Origin: Monocercomonoides exilis PA203
Taxonomy: Eukaryota; Protista; Preaxostyla
Reading direction: 5' to 3'
DNA: 64,000 bases
Assembly (NCBI GenBank): GCA_001643675.2
Contig: LSRY02000028.1
Location: 496,001 to 560,000, forward strand
Shown here: piece by piece, positions 27,501 through 40,147 of the stretch
Numbering within the stretch: the first letter of the stretch is position 1
Layout of the letters: every line of letters begins with the position of its first letter
Notes under the pieces: generated by a model
Seen by the model: only the letters and a program-made list of their open reading frames with translations
Told to the model about the DNA's origin: nothing
Databases searched by the model: none
Position numbers and translations under genes: made by a program

Positions 27501-28877
27501 TGAAGCCAAGAAAAGCGAGGCGAAGAGGCTGAAGAAGGAAGTGGATGCACTTAATGAAGAGATTGAGGCTCTGAAGAAAGTGATGGATGCGAAAGGAGGA
27601 ACAGAAATGGCACAAATCAAAGCAGAGCTGGTGGACAACAAGCGGCTGCTGGAGGAGAAGCAGAAGATGGCGACGCAGTGGCGGTTTGATGCGAAGAATG
27701 CGCGAAAGAAAGCGAAGGAGATTGGAGAGAAAGGCGAGCGGGGCAAAAAGGAGAAGGTGCGGATTGAGGCGCGGATGGAGGAGATAGACAAGATCCGGAA
27801 TGAGAACGTGGAGAAGGCAGCGGCGCTGTTCAATCAATGGAAAGAGCTGGAAGAGAAGCTCGATGGCGTGCCAGAGCGGCTCGAGGCGATGGAGAAAGAG
27901 CACGAAGAGAAGAAAGAGGAGATCACTGTGATCACAAAGGACGAGGTTGCACTGGCTGAGCGGGTGAAGGAGCTGAACAAACAGCAGAAGGAGAACGAGC
28001 GAGTGGTTGAAAAATGGATGGAGGAGATTGAAGTGCTGAGAAAGATGACTGTTGGGTTTGCTAATATTGTTTATTGATTGCTTTATTTCAAGTTAATTGC
28101 TTTGTTAAATATATGTATGTATTATTGATCACTTATTATCCTTAATGTTCTTTCATTCCATCTTTCCATTCACTCCGCCAACAGCCCCGAAGACGAGGCA
28201 GTCGATCTGAGGTTCGTCGACGATGTTCTGTCTGAAACACCACACAAACACCTCAGGGCAATGAACAACAACGAAGTGGCTGAGATGGAAGGCTCCATTC
28301 GCTCGCTGTCAGAGGCGCTGGCGAAAGTGCAGGTGGATTTGACAGCAATTGCGTCGTATAGAAAGAAAGCGGCAGAGCTGGAGGAGAAGAAGAAGGACCT
28401 GGCAGAGGTGACGCGGAGGAGAGATGAGGAGATTGAGAGGGGAGAGCAGCTGAAGAAGCAGAGGCTAGACGGGTTTATGAACGGATTCAGGATAATCACA
28501 CTGAAATTGAAAGAGATGTATCAGGTTTGGTGAAGAAGAAGAAGAAGATGATGATGATGTGATTGGATTTATTGTTTTGTTGCATATGGTATTTTCATTC
28601 TTTTTTATGATTGAAATTATTGTGATTGGTGAATGTTCTATTTTTTTCATTAAAAAATCAATTTATCATTCATTTTCATTTATTTGATAATTCAATTCAG
28701 ATGATAACACTTGGAGGTGATGCAGAGCTTGAGTTGGTTGACAGCGCTGATCCATTCACTGAAGGTATAACATTCACCGTTCGTCCGCCCACAAAAAGCT
28801 GGAAGTACATTCAGAATCTTTCTGGCGGAGAAAAGGTTTGAATGACTTGTTTTGATTAATTTTTTAGCCAAATTTTG

Positions 28878-28917
<40 letters not shown>

Positions 28918-29283
28918 CTGGTTCTTCAATCAAATTTTTCCTCTCAGACACTTTCGTCGCTGTCCCTCGTGTTTGCATTGCACCACTTCAGACCCAATCC
29001 TTTGTATGTCATGGACGAAATAGACGCAGCACTCGACTTTCGAAACGTATCTATCATTGCCCAATATGTCAAGTCTCAAACAAGAAACGCTCAGTTTATT
29101 ATCATTTCTCTCAGAAATAACATGTTCGAACTGGCAGATCGTCTTATTGGAATCTACAAGACACACAATTGCACAAAATCTGTTGCTATTAATCCTTCAG
29201 AATTTGAAATACCTTCTGCTACTCAACAAACTTCAGACAATCCAGAGGAGGATGGCTCATCAAAAATTTCCATTTCACAATAA
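24544..29283 (+). CDS. SMC4: Condensin subunit SMC4, 8 exons
   Basis: 'IENFKSY', Walker A 'GPNGSGKSNVIDALLFVFG', 'NRFLILQGEVESISLMKPK', hinge 'GFYGRLGALG', signature 'LSGGEKTLSSL' and Walker B 'YVMDEIDAALD'. Confidence 0.97.
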
Positions 29284-29474
29284 ATCTTATCAAATTACCA
29301 ACAAATAAATCATTTTCTTTTTTAAAAAAATCATTGACTTTTCGTGACACTTCATTTACATTTCGCTGCACTTCGATCATTTCTTTTTCATTTTTATTTT
29401 ATTTCCATTTTTGAAGATCGTTTTTAAACTATTATGGATATCTGATCAAGATTATCTTTATTGAATAATCTTTC

Positions 29475-31498
29475 ATGACTTCTAGTGTTCTTGAACAGAT
29501 AAGAAGTTGTCATGAAGATTTAGAACGTTATGAAAGAGTTGCTACTGATCTTATTAAAACAAAGTCTAAAACTGTATGTGAATTTATTCCTTTTCTTGAT
29601 TTTTTGATTTTATTTCTTTTATTTCAACAGCAAATAGAATACATCACTCAACAACATAAAATAAACTATTATTTAGGACGAATGAAAGAAACAAATGAGC
29701 AACTAAAACGGTTGTATCAAGAAAAAGATTCTTTATTAAAGAAGGAAGAAGGAGAATCCACCACTGCAACAAGAATGTTCGCATTTATTAAACAACTTGA
29801 GGAAATCAGAACATTTCACCAAGCTTCTGGAACTGCATCGACATTAGTTACTAGTACTGTTGAAGATGTCGATCTTAATGGTTTTTTCTTTCATTTCTTT
29901 TTCAAAATTCTTGAATGATTGTGGATTTTTTTCAATTATTTTTCCTCTTCTTTTATATAGAGCTTGTCACATTTACTGGAGATGAAGCATTTGGAAGGCT
30001 TTTTGATTTGAACGCATCTCATGGCGAATTTGTCAATCTTCCTTTTGTAAACCAACTCCAGTTGAACGGCTCATTTGAAGTGTTTCTGAATACCATTAAG
30101 CAGCTTCATATGATACCGCGAGAGATGAAGGCTAATAAAGAATATGAGCAATTCTTATACAATCTATTGGAGTATTTAAAGAGTTTTTTCGTGCGTGTTA
30201 GTCCACTTGAAGATTTTGATCAAATTGAAGAAGATGCAATGGAGTATTTTGGAGTGTTATGGAGGAAAGGCTCATGGAAAGGATGGGATAAAGTTGATGT
30301 TGAGATTGACGAAATGATTCAAGGTGAAGCCGAACCTGAAGAGATGAATGAAGAAGGAATGGACATTTCATCATCAACTTTGCCTGAGAAAAAGGATATG
30401 AAAAAAATGTTATGTAGAGTGTGCGGTCAAACTGTGAAGGCAAATTTATTTGGATTCCATAGAAACGGAAAGAAGCATAGAACTAATGAGCTAAAACTGA
30501 GGTTAATGATGGACGTATCGAAAGACGTCGAGTATGTTTTGAAGCAGATGAATAATGAAACATCAGAGAATTCAGATTCTGAGAAAAAGAAAGCAGAAAC
30601 TGATAAGCCCGTTTCATCAAAGCAAGGCAAAGGTCAAAAGGCATCCGAAGCCGAAAAAGAACAGCAATTTGCATCTACATTTGCTGCGCTTCTGCGAAAC
30701 ATTGGCTGGATGGAATTTATGATCTTTCTCTTCATTTCACCTGAATCACAGACATTTATCGACTCTGCTGGAAATTCATCTGCACCTTCTGAAGGAGCAT
30801 CTTCATCCGAAAAGCCATCTTCATTACTGATGTCTCTTGTCTTTCCGCTGCTTGGTTCAGAAATGAATAGAACTGAAGTGTTTGTTGCGAAGAAGAGGCT
30901 GAATCGACTTGAAGAGCACAGAGCAGATATGGATGCGCAGGCAGATGCTGCTGTTGAGCGGCGCAGGCGCAGGAAGAAAGTGGCTCATGAAGGCGAGGAA
31001 GATGAAGATGATGAAGATATCTTTGACGACTTTGGAGCTGAGTCTGACGATGAAAGGGAAAGGAGGAAGGCAAAAGAGAAGGAAGAGGAAGAGGACTTTG
31101 ATGATGATGAAGGAAGCGTTCCGTACAATCCAAAGGGAGTTCCACTTGGCTGGGACGGCAAGCCCATTCCTCTTTGGCTCTACAAACTTAACGGCTTAAA
31201 TCAAGAGTTTAAGTGTGAGATCTGCGGAAATGCAGTCTATAAAGGTCCGAAAAACTTCGAAAAGCACTTTCAGGAATGGAGACATGCACATGGGATGCGT
31301 TCACTCAAGATACCAAACACATTACATTTTCATGGAATTACAAAAATAAGCGAAGCTGTTGCGCTGTATGAAAAGATGAAGAAGGAAGTTATGAATTGGT
31401 CTTTTGTCGGAAGCGAAGAGGAAGAGTTTGAAGATGCTTATGGCAATGTTCACAAAAAGAAGGTGTATGATGATTTGAAACGGCAAGGCCTTCTTTAA
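29475..31498 (+). CDS. SF3A3: Splicing factor SF3a subunit 3 (Prp9/SF3a60), 3 exons
   Basis: 'VLEQIRSCHEDLER', 'FTGDEAFGRLFDL', 'YNPKGVPLGWDGKPIPLWLYKLNGL', 'CEICGN..HFQEWRHAHGMRSL' and 'YDDLKRQGLL'. Confidence 0.96.
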
Positions 31499-31702
31499 TT
31501 CAATTGTTGTTTCTTTCTTTTTTGTTTTGTTTCACTTCATCTTTTGAATAATCTAGTTTATTTTCTTTCTAAATTTAAAAATTAAAAAAAAAAATATCTT
31601 GAAGTGCATGAATGAAATGAAATCATGAGACATCCAGCGAAAAGAAAAAGTTTCAAGATTTATAGTCTTTCAGAATACTAAATGGTTAATGACTGTGTAG
31701 TT

Positions 31703-32028
31703 TCAGAGAAAGGCTCGTTGAGGTACAATTGAAATGAGTGCAATTTCATCCTTTGTAAGAGCAGTAAAATCTGCTGGAACCTAAAACAGAATAAATTTTC
31801 ATAATGAAACAGAAGATTGCAAACTTGTTGCGCTATAAGCTGATGAAACTTGATTTCCGATCCTTTTTTCGGTAAAGGCGGATACTCCCTTATAAGTATA
31901 TCAAATGAAGTGGACGTTCCTTGGGGTATTGAACGTTGAAGCTGTTCCTTCATTGAGAACAATTGGGTGTATAGTTTTTGAAGTTCGTAATTTGTCCATA
32001 TTTGTTCGGTATTAGTCGAACTGTTCAT
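31703..32028 (-). CDS. Small hypothetical protein (~93 aa), 2 exons
   Basis: ATG 32028; GTTTGC...TTTAG intron ~31780-31824; second exon 'VPADFTALTKDEIALISIVPQRAFL*'. Confidence 0.55.
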
Positions 32029-32077
32029 GTTGAAAATGTTTGATCATTTACCCAACATTACATTGATTAACACGAAA

Positions 32078-32772
32078 ATGAACTTTGAGGAGCTTGTTTC
32101 CCAGATCAAACCGCTTCACATCGCAATAGGATTGGCCTCTTTTTGGCTCTTGTTTTCTATTTATTATTTAAGATGTTTGGTAATTATATATTGCGTTATT
32201 GAACAGTTACATGTGTTTTGATTTTCTTAATATTTTTTCAGTTATTCCAAAGGCATTACACATTGAGCAGCCACCTCTTCCAGAAGACGGTTCGATTTTA
32301 ATGAAATATTTTATTTTAAATTATTTTTACTTTTTCTTTTTAATTGTTAAAATGAAATTATTTATCAATTGCTGTATTTTAGAAGCTATGGCTGAAGCTG
32401 TCATGAGAGTTGTACGTTCAATGAAAAGACTGATTACAAATGAAGTCAAAAGGGTTTCAAAAATTTTATTTCTGTATAAGTTACTTATTATTTGTCATGG
32501 ATATTGTTTTTCTTCAGAGAACATTAAGAATTCTATTTGGAATCTGTTTTTCATTGGCAGTTGTCTTCTATCCATTTTCTTCGGAAATAGCAAAATATCT
32601 TCCTCACGATTCGAATTCACTTTTGATCATTCGTTCAGTTTCGGCAACGCTTTTAGCGTTTTACATATTTGCAACAATATATGACTCAACTCAACTCTTT
32701 CCTCTTATTGAATCTCCTCAACTTTATTCTGCACGTCAAACAGATGAACAGGAAAAACCAAAAGATGAGTAG
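32078..32772 (+). CDS. Small multi-pass membrane protein (about 3 TM segments), 4 exons
   Basis: Hydrophobic segments 'IAIGLASFWLLFSIYYL', 'ILFGICFSLAVVFYPF' and 'LLIIRSVSATLLAFYIFATIY', joined by three short GT-AG introns. Confidence 0.6.
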
Positions 32773-33444
32773 GCTTTTCTGAATCATTTACTTGTTTTCT
32801 TTTGAGAGTTTTAGATAATTTATCATTTTTGTAGATGAATTTTCAAATTATAAAAAAATTTATCATTTCTCCATTCACATCTTGCACTTCATTAGAATAG
32901 ACGAAGTTATATTTAATAAAAGAGTACTCAAAATAAACAGAACTGACATTTATCACGAATTCAAAAAAAAAAGAAAAATAAAATAAAATAAAATAAAAAC
33001 AAATTAAATAAATTTTTAAAAGAAAAAATGAAAAGAAAATTTGATTTAACAAATAACTCTGCGAAGTGAAAATATTCAGTTACATTGAAAACAGACTAAA
33101 AACCTATGTTAGACTGGAAAAATTAAAAAGAATAGATCAAAAATAATAAAAGACGTTATGTCAAATATACATTTCATAAGTTATAAAACAAAAACAAAAA
33201 TAAAGTGCTTAATTAAACGGGTGTTTACAATTCTACATGAATATAAAGTTGGTGCTTGGAAAGTGCAACACATTGAAAGCACACAGGCACAATTATTTTG
33301 TATCTATCAACCGACTTGTCAATTTATTGGCAAATCATGTCAAATCAATTTCCAGCTCTGACTTTTAAAATAAAATTTAAAAAAATTAAAAAAAAGTTAT
33401 TTTTTATTTTTTTTCTCTGTATATACAAAATCCAAACAGCATCT

Positions 33445-36400
33445 TCAACTCACATACGACGGTTGATTCGATATCCTCTGCAGAGGGAGTGAAGGCGAGG
33501 ACGTGAGCGAGAGAGACTGAGAAATGGGCTCAGTGAATCCCGGCGAGGAGCGCTGAGAGGTGGAAGGGCGGGTGTTGGGGAGGGAGTTTAAGTGCGGTGT
33601 GGAGAAAGAAGAGGCAGAAGGAGAAGAATGGAAGGATAAGACAGAAGGCTGCGCAGAGATGGAGAGCGAAGAGACAGAGGAGAGGAGGGACTCGCAGGTG
33701 GGGGAAGAGTGCAAGGAGAACGGAGAGTGTGTGGTGCGCGGTGAGTGCGACGAGCGGAGAGAGCGGGGGGAGACGAGCGACGCCTGAGTGGCGCAGGGAG
33801 TGAGCAAGGCTGGAGAGAGGAAGGTGGACGAGTCTATCTGCGAGTGCGAGGGCTGTGTGGAAGAGGAGCGGAGAAGAAGAGACTGGTCTGTCAGCTCTCC
33901 GCTGATGAAGGAAGAGGTGGATGAGGTGGAGGAAGAAGAGGAAGAGGAAGAAGAGGAAGAGGAAGAAGTGGAAGAAGTGGAAGAAGTGGAAGAAATGGAA
34001 GAAGAAGAGGATGTGGAAGTGATTGCGCAGTTCATAGAAGAAGAGGAATCAGATGTGTGGATGTTGCGAGATGGCAGGGAAGGTGAGGAAGAAAGGTGGA
34101 GGTTGTTGGAGGAGAGGCTGAAGGAAGAGGCAGATGCAAGAATGGAAGAGCGATCGGTCAACGAGGAAGAAGAAGAAGAAGAGGAAGAAGAAGTAGAAGA
34201 AGAAGGAAGAGGAGGAGGTGTCTTCATATTCTTGTAAGACGGTGAAAAAGTGGAAGAAGGCGGGGTTGCTGATATTTGAGGAATGATGATGGGTGAGATG
34301 GACGTGAGCGGAGAAAGAGCAGAGAGCGGAGGAAAAGTGGAAAGAGAAGGAAGAGAAGGAAGAGGGGAGAGGGGGGTGAGGGGAGCAAGCGGAATAGCAG
34401 GAGAAGAATTGCTTGCTCGTGTGGCAAATGACTTGAGCCCATCGGCTGAGCGTGTCGTGTCCTCCAGCGAGGCATCGGGTGTGATAAGAGGAGAAGGCGT
34501 GGCTGAGCTGTGCTTCTTCTGTGACTTCTTCGTCTTCTTCTTCTCTTTTTCTCTTTCTCTTTCTTTTTCTTTTTCTCTTTCTTTCTCTTTCTGCTGTTTT
34601 TGTTGCAGTCTGCTAGCGAATGGAGGGAGAGCTGTAGTCTTCAGAGCAGGAGATGTCTGCTGATGAGCAGCTGATGGGCACAAAGGCGTGGCGAGGGCAG
34701 AGGCGCCGGCTGAAGAGGAAGGGAAGAGAGGAGAAGGAGGTTCTGAGTGTGTGGTTGAGGATAAAGATGTTGTTGATGACGTTGTAGAGGAAGAGGAGGA
34801 AGAGGAAGAAGAGGAAGAGGAAGAGGAAGAGGAAGAGGAAGAAGATAAAGATGTGTTGCTCGAGATGGAAGAAGAACGAGAATGAATAGAATAATGTTTG
34901 GGAGATGAATAACTACCAGCAGAGGAAGAAGAAGAGGAAGATGAAGAAGATGATAGAGATGATGATGATGATGATGATAACATAAAGCCAGACGATGAAG
35001 AAGAAGAAGAAGAGGAAGAGGAAGAAGAGGAAGAAGAGGAAGAAGAGGAAGAAGAGGAAGAAGAGGAAGAAGAGGAAGAAGAGGAAGAAGAGGAAGAAGA
35101 GGAAGAAGAGGAAGAAGAGGAAGAAGAGGAAGAAGAGGAAGAAGAGGAAGAAGAGGAAGAAGAGGAAGAAGAGGAAGAAGAGGAAGAAGAGGAAGAAGAA
35201 GAAGAAGAAGAAATAGCTGTTGTTGTGGTGAGTGTTTGAGTAGGGTCATTTCCCATCATCCCAATGATTGTTGTCGACATCGATGGAGGGAGAGGAAGAG
35301 AGGCAGACAAAGAAGACAATGAAGAAGAAGAAGAAGAAGTGGATAATGAACCCATAGATGGCATAGAAGGCATAGAAGGGGAAGAAACAGAAGAAGAAAT
35401 CGTGTTCCCAAACACAGGTAGTTCAGCTGAGGTAGACAAAGAATGTGTATTGTTCGAGTTGCGAGAGGCGATGCGTGTGTGGTAGGATTTGATGAGAGGA
35501 GAGATGGAAGAGGAGCGGAGGGACAGGCCATTGGGGGATGACTGGGAAGAAGAGAGAGAAGAAGAGGAATAAGAAGAAAGAGAAGAAGAAAGAGAAGAAG
35601 AAAGAGAAGAAGAAAGAGAAGAAGAAAGAGAAGAAGACAATGAAGAAGACTGAATAGTTGATTGAGGAGATGATATTGAAGATTGTTGAGAAGAAGCTGT
35701 CTTTGAGAGATTGTGCTGTTTTGCGAGTGAATCACTTCTGGGTGAAGATGCCTGCTTGTTGGCAGTTCTGGGGCTTGTATGAGAAAATTGCTCTGTTTCC
35801 TTGTGTGGCAGTTCTTTTGTGTCTAATTGTGTGTTTCTTGTTGTAATTTCTTTCTTTCCACTTTCTGAAACATTAATTCCTTGTGTGGATGCTGTGAATG
35901 GCATGGCTGTTGTTGATGATGATGATGATGATGATGACGTTGACGATGATGATGATGGTAATGTTGATGATAACGTTGTTGTTGAATTTGAAGAAGCTGC
36001 TTTAACAGCCGTTGGCTTTTGCAGCGTGGGGATCAAAGGAGAGCTGGCTGATCCCAACGACAGCTTCGACTTGGCGAGTGAGGGTCTGTTGGGAATGGAT
36101 GGCTGGGTGGAAGAAAGAGAGATGTGATGCAGCGGCTCCAATGAAGAGTTTGAGTGGGAGGAAAGCGGAGGCAATATTTGTGTGGCTTGTGAGGGAGGAA
36201 AATGATGGAGGTCTGTTTGGTAAGAAAGAGATGGCTGGAGTGTTCGCTTGGGCTGCTGTGATGGATGAATGAGATGTGAAAATCAGAAGAGAGAAGTAGA
36301 TGAAATAGATGAAATATGAAAGGATTTGGTGAGTGGAGAAGGAGGAGGAGAAGAAGAAGGAGGAGGAGGAGGAGGAGGAGGAGAAAGAGGAGTGGAGAGA

Positions 36401-38546
36401 AATATAGAAATTTGATAAAATAACACAAAGTTTATTTGAATAATGAGAAAAATCACAAGAAATGAAAAGAAAAGAGAGGAAAATGAATAAAGCAAACCTG
36501 ATTGTCATTCAACAGCGTTGTATTCGCAAACAACCTGACAGACGGTGCCAGCTGAGTCAAATGATTCCCCGCTCCTGCAGAGTTTGTTCCAAAAGGCCCA
36601 TGATTCATCATCATCGTTGTTGATGAAGAAGTTGATGCTGCTGCTGATGATGATGATATTGCTGTCATTGCTTCATTTCCTGTCTCTCCTTTCTTCTGCT
36701 TTGTCAGCACACGGGGTGCAGAGGCTGTAGGGGCAGAGGCAGAAGAGGAAGAAGACCAGTCTGAAAGAGGCGTGATGCCATTCATGGCTGAGCTGCTGGC
36801 ACAGCCGATGGGGCTGCTGCGGATGAGGCTGGAGATCATCTGAGACTTCGCTTCGAATGGGCGGATAGTCTCATCAGCAGAGAACTCATCATCGTCTGCT
36901 GGTGAAGGAGAAGGAGAAGAAGAAGAAGAAGCTATTGATGATACAATTGATGATGATGATGATAGAAGAGAAGATGTGGATGATGAAGGTGAAGGCACAG
37001 ATAGTGATGCTAATGACGATGTTGCTGATGGCAGTGGCGACGACAATGAGAATGTTGATGTTGTTGCTGTCATCATTTTGTTGGTCTGCTCAGTTTTCTT
37101 CCCAAACATCATTTTCTTTTCGATATCGTCTGTCTTCGCCTTCGCTAGCTGTTCTTTCCGTTTCGCTTCCTCTTTTTCTTGTTCTTCCAGCTGCTGCACT
37201 GCATCAAGCCAGCTTCCAACCCCTTCTGCCCCCTTTGTCCCATCTCCTGTGCCTTTTCCCCCTCGTTTGATAGGCGCATTCATCTCTCTTCCGTATATGC
37301 TCATCCACTCTCCCTCTGAATGAGACGGGGAGGACGTCAGCGACGACATCGTGCTGACTGAAAGGGGAGTGGATGCTGAAGACAGCGGTGGTGTGGCGTT
37401 CACTTTGACAGTGTGCTTTCGATTGACAATAAGAAACTTGCGCTTCGGAGTCGACGAAGGCGAAGGCGTGGGTGTGGTTATCGGTGTGGTGGATCCTGAC
37501 GACGGATTTGATAGATTCAACAGAGAGGATTTTGTCAGCGCAGAGAACGGAAGCAGCGGAGAGCGGGGAAATGAGGCAGAAGGCACCAAAAACGGCAGCT
37601 GGGGCGAGTGCTCAGAGGACGAAAGCTGCTGATTCGATGCCGATGGAGTCAAAGCAGGCGAGGACACCGCGGAAGGAAACGGCGACGCTTTCGTTGAGCA
37701 CGTCCCAGAAGGGCTTGGCGTTGCTTGCGGTGTGACAGACGTTGAAGAAAGTTGAGATTGCGACAGCCAAGATGGTATTGATGTATTTATTGATGATTGA
37801 TAAGCGTCTTCGTTCTCATGAAAAGAATCATGGTTCTTAGAAAACATATATTCGTCAACTCCAGCCTCGTGAAATGATTTTCCAGAAATTGAGCATGTTG
37901 TGCCTTGTTCGAGCGGATGTTGAATTATTGGATTTATTATAGGAAATGATGTTAAATGAGTACCTCCAATGGTTGTTGATGAAGGTGACGTTGTACGCTT
38001 TCCGGGAAGAATGATAGAAGATGAAGACGATGGATTCAAATGAGTGGGCAATGAACAATTTGAAGGTGCGATTGATGAATAAGTGGAAAATGTACTTAAA
38101 TTTGATGACAAAGTTGAAGTTGTTGAAAACGAAAAGTCAGAAGATAAAGAAGAAATTGAATTTATTGAATTAATTCCTTGATGAAATTTAATGGCATTGA
38201 TTGATCCATCTTGTCGAGAAAACGAATCATTTGCGCATATTTCATCAGGATTAACTACCATGGAAGCACTTGAATTTGTTGTTGCAACTGCAGATTCTCT
38301 TTTACAAACGGGTACAGATGGTGTACGTTTAATAGGTGCTATAATTTTAAAAACTCTATTTGGTTTGGATTTTGTTGGAAGTGATGTTGATTGCTCCATG
38401 CATTTCGTTTTTAATATACCGTCTTCTACATGTCCAGATAGTTCATTAGTTTCATTTGGAGAATATGCGCCAGGTTTTTGATTGTGCGTATAATTATCAT
38501 ATTCTGGATAGCAGGCCATATTCGAGAATTCTAACAAATTAATCAT
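33445..38546 (-). CDS. Very large Ser/Pro/Thr-rich low-complexity protein (~1,620 aa), 2 exons
   Basis: ORFs 36453-38546 and 33445-36174 join in phase 0 via the intron 36256-36497 (GTTTGC...CACAG). Confidence 0.75.
34995..35212. repeat. (GAGGAAGAA)n tandem repeat encoding a ~70-residue poly-Ser tract on the minus strand
   Basis: About 20 consecutive near-perfect 9-mers. Confidence 0.95.
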
Positions 38547-38886
38547 TCATAAATAATTATGAAAAAATATGTTAAAAATGAAATACATGTTGTATAACCA
38601 CTATAAATTGCTAAATTCAATAGTAATGTTTATTTAACAATCGATTCAAAAAACAACTTAAATATAAACAATAAAATACGGTAAAACGATTCAGATCTGA
38701 GCCCATTTTAAGTTTTTGTTTTTCATTTCATTTTGAACCATTTATTCATGTTGATATGCTTGCATTCTCCTTCAATCGAAGTTTTGCATTTGAAAAAGAA
38801 GTGCCGAAAATGACAAACCATAACTTAAATATTGATTTTAAGTGTTTTTGTGAGTTTTTATTCAATTGACCATCTGTGGGTCTTAT

Positions 38887-39578
38887 ATGATTGAAAGAAA
38901 TTATTATGATATAAATGATATTCTATTTTTGGAGGAAACTGTTCCAATATCGTTTACAATTGATGTTCCATTAATTGAATCATTATTTAAATCAAGCACA
39001 AATGAAGATGTTCGCAACTGTTAATTTTATGTTCATTTTTATTGTCATTTTTATTTTGAAAATTATTTTATTTATTTTCTTTTCAGTTAAAGCAGGGGTC
39101 TGTTCTTCAAGCCCCTTTGTACCTTGCAAGAGAAATGAAGGCAATGGAACAATTATTCAGATGTCCAATTCCTGATTCATTTTCTCTCCAACAACAATGC
39201 TTTATGGAGAGTGATCCATCTAACATAGATTTTAAGCAAATTCCTTATTTTTATGATTTTGGAATTGAGGTCTCAAAAATTACAACAGATAAAAAAATGG
39301 ATATTCCAGGGTTTCTCCGCAATATTTGGAAGACACGATATCTCGAAATAAATAAGCGAGGACATAATCCGCAACCATTAGAAGATGGAGCTGTTGTTGG
39401 GCGAATGGCTCGATGCGAACAGATTGGTTTGAATTTTATTTTTTGTGAAAAAATAATAATGTATTGTTTCATAAAAGTTTATCACATGGCAAAAGCTCAT
39501 ATTGAAGAATATAATCAATGGAAATCTGGAAAAAGAAAGAAGATGCTTGCATCACCTTTAAGTGAGTTATTGAATTAA
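38887..39578 (+). CDS. GINS3: GINS complex subunit Psf3, 3 exons
   Basis: 'NYYDINDILFLEETVP', 'LKQGSVLQAPLYLA' and 'PYFYDFG' are typical of Psf3. Two short GT-AG introns. Confidence 0.85.
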
Positions 39579-39710
39579 ATAAAATACCATAAACAGATAA
39601 TATTTTGTATTTTTTCTCTTTATACTGAAAAAAACAAAACAAAGAAAAGTTAAGTTATGTAAAAATTATTATGGAGAAAAATTTATTCGGTAAAAAATTC
39701 AAAAACAAGT

Positions 39711-39781
39711 TGCATCAGCCGGGAATTGAACCCGGGCCCGGCGCGTGGGAGGCGTCGATTCTGCCACTATACTACTGATGC
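39711..39781 (-). tRNA. tRNA-Gly (CCC)
   Basis: GCATCAG/CTGATGC acceptor stem, T-arm CCGGG-TTCAATT-CCCGG, anticodon loop CT-CCC-AC, downstream T-run terminator. Confidence 0.95.
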
Positions 39782-40006
39782 TTTCCTGGAAAAGCAATTT
39801 AACTTTTTATTATTAATAATTTCTTTACATTTGTTAAATTGTTTTTGAGTATCACAAAATGTTTCATTTTTTAATTCCAGTGTCAATTTTTCGTCAAACC
39901 AAAAGTTATTCCAGTTCGAAATTTTTTGAACCTTTATAGAAAAACATCATTGAATTATAGAAATATTGATTTGGAATATTTGGATATTTCAACCAAGTTC
40001 AATGAA

Positions 40007-40147
40007 ATATGGCTGATCCTTTTTGAAATCACACTTTCGTTCGAGTTTTGATCAAAATTTTTATCTCAATGGGATTTTTGTGAGAATTTTGTTTCTACAA
40101 TAAATGCATCATAAACAATAAGTATTTTCAGTAAACATCTGCGTCAC
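40007..40147 (-). repeat. Left copy of a ~115-140-bp inverted repeat (pairs with 42817-42929)
   Basis: The reverse complement of 40007-40076 matches 42860-42929 at 65/70; 40133-40147 matches 42817-42831 at 15/15. Confidence 0.9.

Noticed and set aside
3795-32075. TCACGA and TCA(C/T)TT motifs near several start codons as promoter elements
   Set aside because: They also occur in introns and 3' regions; enrichment cannot be shown without statistics.
34995-35212. Tandem repeat as a CRISPR-like or telomeric array
   Set aside because: No spacers, not a telomere motif, and in frame within a coding exon.
33560-35735. Plus-strand Glu/Lys/Arg-rich ORFs and alternative-frame Leu/Pro ORFs
   Set aside because: Shadows of the Ser-rich minus-strand gene; simple repeats lack stops in several frames.
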